Source: Clostridia bacterium
GTDB lineage: Bacteria > Bacillota > Clostridia > Oscillospirales > CAG-272
DNA: 64,000 bases
Reading direction: 5' to 3'
Assembly (NCBI GenBank): GCA_017466375.1
Contig: JAFTUH010000035.1
Coordinates: 5,555-69,554 of the forward strand
The position numbers and the translations under genes were made by a program. This document shows positions 27,201-35,618 of this stretch, one piece after another. Within the stretch, counting starts at the first letter, position 1; each line of letters starts with the position of its first letter. The notes beneath the pieces are model-generated. The model did not search any database. It worked only from the letters and a program-made list of their open reading frames with translations, and was not told the origin of the DNA.

Positions 27201-28608
27201 AAGGCTGTGTGACCTTTCCGGTCGCGGGATCGATTACGGAAGCGTCAGAGGATTCCCACGTCAGGGCTACAGCCGGGAGCTGGCCGTTTGTGAATTCACC
27301 GGGCAGTGTCAGATCGCCCGTAACGTGGTACTGATCAACGTTTTTATTTACGTTGTTCTGAATCTCTGCAAAGTCAAGCGTATCGAGAACGCTGTCGCCG
27401 TAGTATTTTCCGACAGCGACATTCGTAACGTCGATATCAAAGCTGTCCGCCTCGGAAGCAGCCGGGGTGGCATTGCGCAAAATGCCGATTGTGTAGCCGG
27501 TGGTGGTGAAGTAATCCTGGCTGTTGTTCGGATCGTCCATACGCATAGCGGAGAAATGAGCGGTTTCCTGGCCGTCGATAAGCAGGGTGACATCTCCCGT
27601 GATTCCGTCAACGAGCGTACCTATGCGGAATTTGTCGCCAAGCTGCTTGTTCAGATAGAACGATTCGGTTTTCTCAGTTCCGAACACCTGGAAGATCAGT
27701 CCGGCATCCGTGTTGGTGATCGCAAAGGAGAATCCGCCCATAGCGGCACCCTTCGCGGTGTCGTGAATATCCCATACGAATCCGCAGCTCGGAAGATAGG
27801 GGAAGAAGTCTGCAGCGTCTCCCATCTTGTACACGGGCATGGATTTCGCATAGAAATCAAATTCGAGAATCGACGGAACGCTTCTGTCGCCGAGGAGTGC
27901 ATACGTTTTATCCCCGAGGAATTGATTGCGTACATGGATCGATTCCGGATTCTTGCCGTTCGGGTTGTAAAGATCAAAATATGTGTACCCGCCCGTGATC
28001 GTTGTGCTGTTCTGCTTGTCGGTCGGTGTGCTTGTCGGATGCACGATACGCAAACCGCTGCGGCCGTATCCTGTACGGGAGGTTGTCTTATTTGCATTGT
28101 CCGCACGGATCCAATCGATGGAGGAGAGCACGATCTTGCCACTCCACGTATCATCGCCTATTTTGATCTCTGCATCGATCTCCGTACCGTAGGTCAGGGA
28201 GGAGATACCGAGCGTTTCAAACGATACCTTGTACTCGGTATTCATCTTGTTGGAGGAGGATTTTATCGTCGCTGAATTTTTGTCGATGGCGGTGCCGTTC
28301 AGCGTGACGGTGATCGTCTCTTTGTCTTCGTTTCGCATAGCGAGATAGAGGTTTTCAAGATCCCACTGTGCACCGAGGCGGTTATTCTCACCGACAACTG
28401 TGGTCATTGCCCAACCGTCGTCGGTGGTAAGTCCGTTCAGTTTGATTTCGGTGTCGCTAAACGCGGCGCGCATGACGCTGTCGGTATATGTTACATATGT
28501 AACTGCGTTCGCGGCGTCTTTTGCTGCAGCCGGCATAATCGGAATCATACCGAGCAGCAGGATGAGGGACAATACAAAGGTGAAAATTTTCTTTGCGTTG
28601 TGCATCAT
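24265..28608 (-). CDS. BNR/Asp-box sialidase-like multidomain surface protein, paralog P7 (1447 aa, long form)
   Basis: Track ORF 24265..28695. I prefer the ATG at 28608 (MMHNAKKIFTFVLSLILLLGMIPIMPAAA) with an AGGAG RBS. Asp boxes STDQGRSW, SDDMGRTW, TTDCGKTW, SKDHGITW. TM tail followed by SKTKKKSA. Confidence 0.93.
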   Translation of the reverse strand: MMHNAKKIFTFVLSLILLLGMIPIMPAAAKDAANAVTYVTYTDSVMRAAFSDTEIKLNGLTTDDGWAMTTVVGENNRLGAQWDLENLYLAMRNEDKETITVTLNGTAIDKNSATIKSSSNKMNTEYKVSFETLGISSLTYGTEIDAEIKIGDDTWSGKIVLSSIDWIRADNANKTTSRTGYGRSGLRIVHPTSTPTDKQNSTTITGGYTYFDLYNPNGKNPESIHVRNQFLGDKTYALLGDRSVPSILEFDFYAKSMPVYKMGDAADFFPYLPSCGFVWDIHDTAKGAAMGGFSFAITNTDAGLIFQVFGTEKTESFYLNKQLGDKFRIGTLVDGITGDVTLLIDGQETAHFSAMRMDDPNNSQDYFTTTGYTIGILRNATPAASEADSFDIDVTNVAVGKYYGDSVLDTLDFAEIQNNVNKNVDQYHVTGDLTLPGEFTNGQLPAVALTWESSDASVIDPATGKVTQPSANGKLVTLTAKGADGASKEIEIFVKGLAPVGNVLAAENDLTTQKGAGEITDVHEFVFDQKNNSIIRDLGESKTVNVITLTDGDDVTRLNATMLTIWTSDDNKTYTQVPAFKLLRDGQYTYLYDFEATARYIKVHCTSHYTYDADFIGPLEDMINAEYSNVFGDGGTAFATESSVTLTNDTDTAQFDTVSLISPADAGVNSLAENYADVRFYLDGELLYHFFDGTNFQVRVTKIPKNDSVTLKVLSGNADAKDISNKEAVYEVIYGTKETYGYSSRWWIELPNGNLMAFVNVAQANAAFVYRISTDQGRSWSGNITAQGSYDYAVVPQGQIYDEDSGRILVTGWRRGEDQTLLETRYMYSDDMGRTWHKAPLTVEGYDSRYLLSYATIIKATHSYDGEDGPGVDFLHVLGHESPTMTDYYDYGYGVCVGRVAYTTDCGKTWTLSPDEIGYYDSQSDIPHIREMGISEQNILEAPNGDIVMYARCQFEDVYKLGYAVSKDHGITWSDVELSDVYSVNTQPMLYDYEDYKFLMWTGNNMYGNGSYRRDPLSVGYFTDDELRELDGIQDMFLYTGLYGNRISPERDGTNPQVVKAGDSLLTAYSYRTIRVDNYLDYFFKTKGAYDSFEQTTAKYEGWAYDGGDLSVSNDFATDGTKSMLMKAGASGRRSIPYLQNGTVAFDIYVSDVNKAKFEFELESASSRKFGEAAPIALRVEGNELSFFGSDKTAALNLNTGWNHFEIHLALTAETPAATVSVNSGTAIEIPVNIEVGDYACYAHMSCLGSLDYYLDAFYINDTDNSYIPDVVVTAETAPLTEVPENLTETYADVTALTGAMQSTVLSEAGEGYTAENTAVYALSPITSKDGGEWTAASAEDIPASGMTVMIAYPEGTAADTHAFRAADANGKSLSVAETENGLKIKVTDASPVILAWAEAADETVDMPTISVEGAIPVGAWIGIGAAVLVIAAIAVIVISKTKKKSA

Positions 28609-28665
28609 GGAACTCCTTTTTGCAATTTTGCGGATTTTTTTGTGCGGATTGCACTTGGCAAATCT

Positions 28666-28695
28666 ATTATAACAAGTGAGTTTGATATGTGTCAA
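28666..28695 (-). promoter_or_regulatory. P7 promoter, sigma70-type with extended -10
   Basis: The minus strand reads TTGACA-catatcaaactcacttgt-TATAAT. Confidence 0.7.
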
Positions 28696-28780
28696 TGGAA
28701 AAAATGATAAATATTTATCAAAATATCCTACGGATTTGTATAATCTTAAGAGTAGGGTGTTTTACAAAAGACTGACAGAA

Positions 28781-28817
28781 TGCAAAAAGCACGGTCAATC
28801 ATACGACTGACCGTGCT
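28781..28817 (-). terminator. Intrinsic terminator after P8
   Basis: A 10-bp stem agcacggtca/tgaccgtgct followed by TTTTTG on the minus strand. Confidence 0.8.
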
Positions 28818-28824
28818 GTCTGTT

Positions 28825-31800
28825 TTATGCGGATTTTTTTGAGAATTTCTTGCCGATCACAATCGCGACTGCCGCGATCACAATAACGCCTGCGCCGACG
28901 CCGATCCACAGAGGTGCGGAGGATCCGCCCTCACCGGGAGTACCGGGGGTATCGGGAGTACCGGGAGTGCCCGACGTGCCGGGATCGGTTGTGTCGGGGA
29001 TCTCAGCGACCTGTGTCCATGCGAGGAGAACGGGGGAGATGCCCTTCAGCGTGACGTACAGACCGTCTTCGCCCTCTGTGATCTCGGGCATCTCGTGTCC
29101 GCCGATCTCCGTTGTGCGGAAATACGAGTTTGCCGTGTACATTTGCAGCAGTTTGAACTCATGCGATACCGCTGTCGTGCCTTCGGGATACGCAAATCGT
29201 ACCGTCATACCGTCCGTATAGAGATCGTCTGGTTTGGCTGTCTTCCACGTTTTGCCGTTATCACGGGAGTATTCGATGGTGATATCGGCAATCTTGCTGT
29301 TTTCAGCCGTGTAGCCGTCACCTGCTTCCGCAAAGAGGAGCGACTGCATATCCGCGTTCATTGCGGCAACGTCCGTGTACTTGTCGGACAGGGAAGCGGG
29401 AACCTCGGTAAGTTCACTCTCAACTGCATTTGCGAGATCGGTCGGGTAGAACGCGGGATCGTCATCAATTACGAGGAACGCATCCAGATACGTTGCGTTC
29501 TCACCGAACGTGCAGATGTCTACAAACGTGACGTAATCGCCGATTTCAGCGTTCACGGGAACGTCGATCGCCTTGCCGTCGTTGACGGTGAGCACAGCAC
29601 TCGGTGTATCGGAGAGCAGGGAAAGGGCGAATGAGAAATGGTTCCAGCCATTCTTCAAGCCGGCATCCACTGCCTTGTCAACACCGAGGAACGTGATACC
29701 GTTTTTGTCTACTGTCATGCCGATCGGTGCAGCCTCACCGTATACGTCGCTGTACGCGCTTTCAAGTTCGAGTTCAATATGTACGTTCTTCACGTCTTCG
29801 ATCCACAGATCAAAGGAGATCTCACCGTTCTGGATGTACGGAACCGAGCGGACAGCGCACGCAGAAGGAGTGAAAAGCATGGACTTGTCGCCGTCGGTGG
29901 ATTTATTCGTGCTGACGGTGACCATGCCGCCCGTAGGCGACCAGCCTTCGTATGCGACCGACGAATTTTCGAAGGAATCGTACGCGCCTCTCGTGCGGTA
30001 GAAATAATCCTCGAAGTCGTCAATGCGGATGACGAACATGCCGTCACCGGAGGTGGATGCGATCATGCTGCCGCCGATCACCTCGACGAGCGGGTTGGTG
30101 ATGTCCGTTCTTGTGCCGGTCGTCATGCCCCACAGCGCCGTTCTAGAATACACGTCAAGGATATTCTCAAACGTGTCCATGTTGTCATAGGAGACAGCCA
30201 GATTCAGCGGATAGCGTCTGTACGAGACGCCGCCGAGGACGGTGTTGCCGCCCCACATGAGGAACTTGCCGTCATTGTACTCAAACAGGATCGGCTGGGT
30301 GTTTGTCGCATAAACATCGCTCAGTTCTGCCTCCGTTGTCCACGTCAGACCGTGATCGTAGGAGAATGCACGGGCGAAGTTGTCAACGTTGTTGTACTGA
30401 CAGCGGGAGAGGACAACGAGCGTGCCATCGTCTGCTTCCAGAAGCGTCGGCTCACAGCATCCGGTCTCTCGGTTGGAGTGGCTGATACCGTGGGGGTAGA
30501 CGATTTCGTCAGCTCCGAGCGTCCACGTCAGACCGCAGTCGGTCGTATACGCAACGCGCGTTACGTTGAGATCCTCTTCGCTTTCATGATCCTGACAGCT
30601 GAGCGGAAGAACAAAGTCAACCCCCGGACCGTCCTCACCGTCATAGGAGGAAATTTTCACGATGTCGGTATAAACGAGGAACCAATTGCATTCTTTACCA
30701 AGGTTGGTCAGCGGTGCTTTTTTCCACATTCTGCCCATGTTGTCGGAGTACATAAAGTTGGTGACCAATGTCTCATCCGGATGGATAAAGCCCTGCACGA
30801 GAATGCGTCCTGTTTCGTCATCGTAGCATTCACCCTGCGGTACGGAGAGATAGTTGTTACTGCCAATTGCATCCATCGGAACGGTCCACGTTCTGCCCTG
30901 ATCGTTTGACATACTGTACGTGAACGGCGTGCCGCCCGATCCCTTGTTGTTGAGCGACAACAGACGCCCGCCGGGGAGCTCGAGATAGTAGCGTCCGTGC
31001 GTGACGTAGCCGTCGTACGTCTCACGCGTACCGTAGGTGATCTCATACACGGATTCCTTGCAGCTGATATCCGTTGCATCCGCGTTGCCGGAGAGAACGG
31101 TCAGCTCGACTGTGCTGTTCTTTTCGATTTTCGGGATTCGAACGAAGAATTTCTCTCCGTCGAAGTAGTGGTAGAGAAGCTCGCCGCCGAGGAAAACGCG
31201 CACGTCCGCACGGTTGTCGGCGAGCGTGTTTACACCGAATTCATCGGGCGTAAATGAGGCGATCACATCGTACTTGTCTGCATCCGTATCGTTGTTTACA
31301 GTTGCCTTGCTTTCGGTTGCAAACCTCTTTCCGCCGTCACCGAATACGTCACTGTACGAAACGGTGATGATGTCGGTCAGCGGAGCGGTGAAATCGGAAT
31401 AATCCGTATCGTGCGTGGTGCAGTGGACTTTCAGATATGCACACGTTGCTTCAAAATCATACAGATACGTATACTCGCCGTCTCTGAGGAATTTGAACGA
31501 GTCGATCTGCGTGTACGTTTTGTTGTCATCGCTTGCCCAGATGGTGAGCATCGTTTCGTTCAGACGGGTGGTCGTATCGCTGTCTTTCAGCGTGACGGTG
31601 TTGACCGTTTTCACTTCACCCAGCGAATAGACAAGGCTGTTGTGATTGGAGTCGAGCGAGAATTCGTACGTGTCAAGTACCTCGCCTGCACCTTTTGCCG
31701 TGTTCTCGTCATCGAAAACAACAAGTGTCTGTGCCGTCGGATTCTTGCCCTGAACGTATACGGGGATCACTTTTGTTATGCCGAGATCGGTGAACGTAGC

Positions 31801-33213
31801 CGTCAGCGTGACGTACTTGCCGTTCGTTTCGGGCTGTGTCACCTTTCCCGCATCCGTGATGACGGAGGTGTCGGAGCTCTTCCATGTCACGGGCGTTTTT
31901 GCGCTCAACTGTGCGGTCGAGACGGAGGAGGGCAGTTTCAGATCCTTCCACACCTTGAACTGATTCATGTGCGGATCGGCGATCGACGCGTATGTAAGCG
32001 AGTCTGCTACAGAATCGCCAAACGATTTGCCGAGTGCGATGTTCGTGATGTCCACATCGATATTATCGGCCTCGCTCGCCGCAGGCTCTTTGCTTCTCAG
32101 TACGTTGAAAATGATCGCAGAGTCATAATAATCGTGATAATTCTGCGAACGCAGGCACTCGACGTTTTCAAATACCGCAACCTTCACACCGTCAACGTAC
32201 AGCGTAAGATCGCCGTTCGTCTCCCAGCGCGTGCCGATGCGGAATGTGTCGCCGACCTCTTTGCCGAGCGGATAGGAGGAGTCGCCCTTTGCGTGTCTTG
32301 CTATGAACACAAGACCGCCCTCAGTGTTGATAATACCGGCAGAAACGGTCGGAAATTCGCCCGTTTTAGTCTGCGTGCCGTTCATCCAGAAGGAGAAGCC
32401 GCACGTAGCAAATCCGGGGAAGAAATCGTTATCCGCGCCCAGTTTATAAACAGGCATGCTGTTTGCCTTGAAGGTGAATTCAGCGACGGTTGCGGCACTT
32501 CTGTCCGCGATCTTCGTGAAATCGCCGCCCTGATAACCGAAGAACGTTCGCGTGGAGGGCGGATTCACACCGTTCGGATTGTAGCGGTCGTAGATTTTAT
32601 AACCGTTCGTGATGTTCTGCGTGTTTTGCTTATCCGTCGGATTTCCGTCCGGATCGACAAGTGCCATGCCGAGTTTGTGACGGATGAACACGGACGGATT
32701 GCTTCCGGAATTTACTGCAACAAAATAATCCGTGCTCGAAAGCTCAATGACACCGTCCCACGTGCCGGATTCCATGCGGATGACCGTATCAATCTCCGTG
32801 TTGTAATCCTTTACGCTCACACCGATTGAATCAAAGGGGATTGCGTATTCTGTGATACGCTTGGAAGATCCGGTTTTAAGCGAGGCGTTATCTTTCGTGA
32901 TCTCCACACCGTTCAAAGTAAGGGTGATATCTTCTTTATTAGGATTTGAAATGAGGAGATACAGATTTTTTGTATCCCACATCGCGCCGAAGGTGCCGCT
33001 TTTTCCGATGGGCGCGTGCACCGACCAATCCTCGCTTGTCATCGAGCCGTTGACGGCAATCGCTTTGTCCGTATACGGCGCGGTCAGGCGTGCGGATGCG
33101 GCAGTTGCAGCATTTGCCGCCGTGCTGTCGGCGTATACCGAAGCGGGATAAGCGCCTGCCAGCAGGACGAGCGACAGAGCTGCACTCAGAATTTTCTTTC
33201 CGAAACTTTGCAT
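28825..33213 (-). CDS. BNR/Asp-box sialidase-like multidomain surface protein, paralog P8 (1462 aa, long form)
   Basis: Track ORF. AGGAG RBS and signal peptide MQSFGKKILSAALSLVLLAGAYPASVYA. Asp boxes SNDQGRTW, SDNMGRMW, TTDCGLTW, SYDHGLTW. TM tail followed by GKKFSKKSA. Confidence 0.93.
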   Translation of the reverse strand: MQSFGKKILSAALSLVLLAGAYPASVYADSTAANAATAASARLTAPYTDKAIAVNGSMTSEDWSVHAPIGKSGTFGAMWDTKNLYLLISNPNKEDITLTLNGVEITKDNASLKTGSSKRITEYAIPFDSIGVSVKDYNTEIDTVIRMESGTWDGVIELSSTDYFVAVNSGSNPSVFIRHKLGMALVDPDGNPTDKQNTQNITNGYKIYDRYNPNGVNPPSTRTFFGYQGGDFTKIADRSAATVAEFTFKANSMPVYKLGADNDFFPGFATCGFSFWMNGTQTKTGEFPTVSAGIINTEGGLVFIARHAKGDSSYPLGKEVGDTFRIGTRWETNGDLTLYVDGVKVAVFENVECLRSQNYHDYYDSAIIFNVLRSKEPAASEADNIDVDITNIALGKSFGDSVADSLTYASIADPHMNQFKVWKDLKLPSSVSTAQLSAKTPVTWKSSDTSVITDAGKVTQPETNGKYVTLTATFTDLGITKVIPVYVQGKNPTAQTLVVFDDENTAKGAGEVLDTYEFSLDSNHNSLVYSLGEVKTVNTVTLKDSDTTTRLNETMLTIWASDDNKTYTQIDSFKFLRDGEYTYLYDFEATCAYLKVHCTTHDTDYSDFTAPLTDIITVSYSDVFGDGGKRFATESKATVNNDTDADKYDVIASFTPDEFGVNTLADNRADVRVFLGGELLYHYFDGEKFFVRIPKIEKNSTVELTVLSGNADATDISCKESVYEITYGTRETYDGYVTHGRYYLELPGGRLLSLNNKGSGGTPFTYSMSNDQGRTWTVPMDAIGSNNYLSVPQGECYDDETGRILVQGFIHPDETLVTNFMYSDNMGRMWKKAPLTNLGKECNWFLVYTDIVKISSYDGEDGPGVDFVLPLSCQDHESEEDLNVTRVAYTTDCGLTWTLGADEIVYPHGISHSNRETGCCEPTLLEADDGTLVVLSRCQYNNVDNFARAFSYDHGLTWTTEAELSDVYATNTQPILFEYNDGKFLMWGGNTVLGGVSYRRYPLNLAVSYDNMDTFENILDVYSRTALWGMTTGTRTDITNPLVEVIGGSMIASTSGDGMFVIRIDDFEDYFYRTRGAYDSFENSSVAYEGWSPTGGMVTVSTNKSTDGDKSMLFTPSACAVRSVPYIQNGEISFDLWIEDVKNVHIELELESAYSDVYGEAAPIGMTVDKNGITFLGVDKAVDAGLKNGWNHFSFALSLLSDTPSAVLTVNDGKAIDVPVNAEIGDYVTFVDICTFGENATYLDAFLVIDDDPAFYPTDLANAVESELTEVPASLSDKYTDVAAMNADMQSLLFAEAGDGYTAENSKIADITIEYSRDNGKTWKTAKPDDLYTDGMTVRFAYPEGTTAVSHEFKLLQMYTANSYFRTTEIGGHEMPEITEGEDGLYVTLKGISPVLLAWTQVAEIPDTTDPGTSGTPGTPDTPGTPGEGGSSAPLWIGVGAGVIVIAAVAIVIGKKFSKKSA

Positions 33214-33261
33214 GGGTAGACTCCTTTGGTTTTTGTTTGCAAAATATGCGTTACGATATGA

Positions 33262-33290
33262 ATTTTATCAAAAAAGCAAAAGAGTGTCAA
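33262..33290 (-). promoter_or_regulatory. P8 promoter, sigma70-type with extended -10
   Basis: The minus strand reads TTGACA-ctcttttgcttttttga-TAAAAT (17-nt spacer, TGa before the -10). Confidence 0.65.
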
Positions 33291-33343
33291 CAGAACGGGC
33301 AAATTGTTTACAATACCTATCCGAACTTGCCCTGTTTTCAAAA

Positions 33344-34564
33344 TTAGAGGCAGGATCGGATAGGTTCGCCGGCCTCAAGCATACCGAGCAGCTCTTCGCA
33401 CAGCATCAGACAGCGGGGAAGATGGAACGGTCCCTTCCACATCGAGCCCTTCTGCGTGTGGGATACGGTGCCGTCGCGGTGCAGATAGCCGTACCACTCA
33501 CCGTGTTCCTTGTCGGCGAAGTGAGAGAAGCTGTACTCAAATGTCTTCTCGAACCACTGCCAGTATTTTTCATCTTTCGTGATGCCGTACGCCATCAGCG
33601 TTGCGATCATCACTTCGTTGTGTACCCACCAGAGCTTCATGTCCCACTCGAGCTGCTCGCACGGGCGTCCGTCCACATCCACGAAGTAGAGGAAGCCGCC
33701 GTGCTCCTTGTCCCAGCCCCACTCAAGATGCCAGTCGAGGAGTGTCAGTGCTTTCTTTTCCAGCTCCTTATCATTGGAGTACAGAGCCTCGCACAGGATG
33801 AACCATGCGTTTTCGCAGGAGTGACCGGGGTTGATCGTGCGTCCTGCGGGGGTATCGATGCGCTCACCGTTTGCACCGACCGTCTCCAGCACGCATTTGA
33901 GCTCCGGCTTGAAGTGATATGTGAAGATATCATCGATAACGGAGCGGACGATTTTCGTGTAGTACTCTGCCTTTTCGGGGATCGCGCGGCGCAGAACCTG
34001 ACCGGTGCTGATCAGTACCATCGGAACGGCGGAAGCACGCTCGGCGCGGGTGGAGGCATATCCCTTCGGTGTGATTTTGTAAGGATCGCTTGCGGGATCG
34101 CGGTACAGACGCACCATCAGATCGTAGCAGGCGGCGGCTTTCTCCAGCGCATCCTTATCACCGGTCAGCGCGCCGTACTCCGCCATGCTCATCGCGTAAA
34201 AACTCTCGGAATACATGTATCTTCTCTTGCGGAGGGGGAGTCCCTCTTTCGTGACGGTGAAGAACATTCTTCCGTCGGAATCGGTGCAGTATTTCTCCAT
34301 GAAATCCTTGCCGAGCGCAGCGGCCTTCATCCATGCGTCCTTCTTGCCGTAGCGGCGGCAGAGCGCGGAGAATGTCCACAGGCATCTGCCCTGGAACCAT
34401 ACGGATTTGTCATCGCTGTATTTCTTGCCCTCGCGGTCGATGCAGGTGATGTATCCGCCGTTTTCCGTGTCGAGAAGATCGCTCTTCTCCCAAAACGGGA
34501 TGCAGTCGTTCAGAAGTGCGTCGTGGAAATGTTTCTTGTATGCGGCAAAATTCTTGTCAGCCAT
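33344..34564 (-). CDS. N-acylglucosamine 2-epimerase (AGE / renin-binding-protein family)
   Basis: Track ORF 33344..34675. I prefer the ATG at 34564 (MADKNFAAYKKHF...) with a GGAGG RBS. Family motifs are SVWFQGRCLW and MKLWWVHNEVMIATLMAY (compare the WWPHSEAMIA-type motif of AGE enzymes). About 406 aa. Confidence 0.8.
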   Translation of the reverse strand: MADKNFAAYKKHFHDALLNDCIPFWEKSDLLDTENGGYITCIDREGKKYSDDKSVWFQGRCLWTFSALCRRYGKKDAWMKAAALGKDFMEKYCTDSDGRMFFTVTKEGLPLRKRRYMYSESFYAMSMAEYGALTGDKDALEKAAACYDLMVRLYRDPASDPYKITPKGYASTRAERASAVPMVLISTGQVLRRAIPEKAEYYTKIVRSVIDDIFTYHFKPELKCVLETVGANGERIDTPAGRTINPGHSCENAWFILCEALYSNDKELEKKALTLLDWHLEWGWDKEHGGFLYFVDVDGRPCEQLEWDMKLWWVHNEVMIATLMAYGITKDEKYWQWFEKTFEYSFSHFADKEHGEWYGYLHRDGTVSHTQKGSMWKGPFHLPRCLMLCEELLGMLEAGEPIRSCL

Positions 34565-34640
34565 GGGTCTGACCTCCTGAAAAATATTTGTATGGAAACA
34601 GAGCGTGAAACACACAGGGTGCTCACGCTCTTTCCGTTTC

Positions 34641-35561
34641 TTATGCGATCGGGGACATATCCGCGCCTGCCTCAATGAGAAGACGCTTCAGTTCAGCTCT
34701 TTCTGCATCGGTGTAAACAGCAGCGGGGAATGCGCAGTTGCCCATCTCGACGCCCTTCAGCTGCATAGCGGCCTTCAGGTTCTTGATAGCCGCAACGCCG
34801 CCGCCGAAGGTGATCAGCACACGGATCACCTTGTTGATCTCGTACTGCTGCTTGCGGGCACCGTCGATGTCGCCGGAGGTGAACTTGTTGTACAGATTGA
34901 TGTACCAGGGAGCCATCAGGTTGTAGGTGGAGCCGATACCGCCGTCTGCACCCATAGCGAGACCGCTGAGGAGCATCTCGTCGGGACCGTTGATGATGTT
35001 GACGTTTCCGCCGTTGATCATCTTCAAAAGGCTGAGACGGTAGAAGTCGGACAGCGTGAACTTCAGACCGATGATATTGTCAACAGCGAGCAGCTCCTCA
35101 AATACGGGCTCGAGGTTGTTGCCGAGCATGAGGGGGGTGACGTAAACCATCAGCGGCTTGTCGGTCAGGGAAGCGATGCGCTTGTAGTAGTCGATCAGCT
35201 CGCGGTCGGTGTGCGGAAAGTATGCGTTCGGTGCCATAGCGGAGATTCCGTCAACGCCTGCCTTCGTAGCGTGGCAGACGAGCTCCTTAACGTCGCTGAA
35301 GTTCGGACCGCCGACGTGGAGGATGATCTTGCCGCGGCCTTCGTTTGCTTCCATAGCCGCCTCGCACAGATCCATTCTCGTCTTGGCGGGGAGGACGGGA
35401 CCCTCACCGGTAGCGCCGCCGACGTAGAAGCCGTGAACGCCGCCCTTGTATTCGTAATCCATCAGCTTTTTGACGGAGGGACGGATCAGCTTTTCGTTTT
35501 CGTCAATGGGAGTGAGGAGCGCGGGCATAATGCCTTTGAAGAGGATTTTGCTGTTCTGCAT
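34641..35561 (-). CDS. nanA: N-acetylneuraminate lyase (DapA/NanA family)
   Basis: The track ORF starts at a TTG at 35582. I prefer the ATG at 35561 (MQNSKILFKGIMPALLTP). GFYVGGATGEG and IIGLKFTLSDFYRL closely resemble the NanA motifs GxYVxGSTGE and GVKFTAGDFYLL, the latter containing the Schiff-base Lys. Confidence 0.8.
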   Translation of the reverse strand: MQNSKILFKGIMPALLTPIDENEKLIRPSVKKLMDYEYKGGVHGFYVGGATGEGPVLPAKTRMDLCEAAMEANEGRGKIILHVGGPNFSDVKELVCHATKAGVDGISAMAPNAYFPHTDRELIDYYKRIASLTDKPLMVYVTPLMLGNNLEPVFEELLAVDNIIGLKFTLSDFYRLSLLKMINGGNVNIINGPDEMLLSGLAMGADGGIGSTYNLMAPWYINLYNKFTSGDIDGARKQQYEINKVIRVLITFGGGVAAIKNLKAAMQLKGVEMGNCAFPAAVYTDAERAELKRLLIEAGADMSPIA

Positions 35562-35618
35562 AAGAGATACCTTGCCTTTCAAAATATATCGTTCCGCATT
35601 GCGGAAAATTGTACAGAG

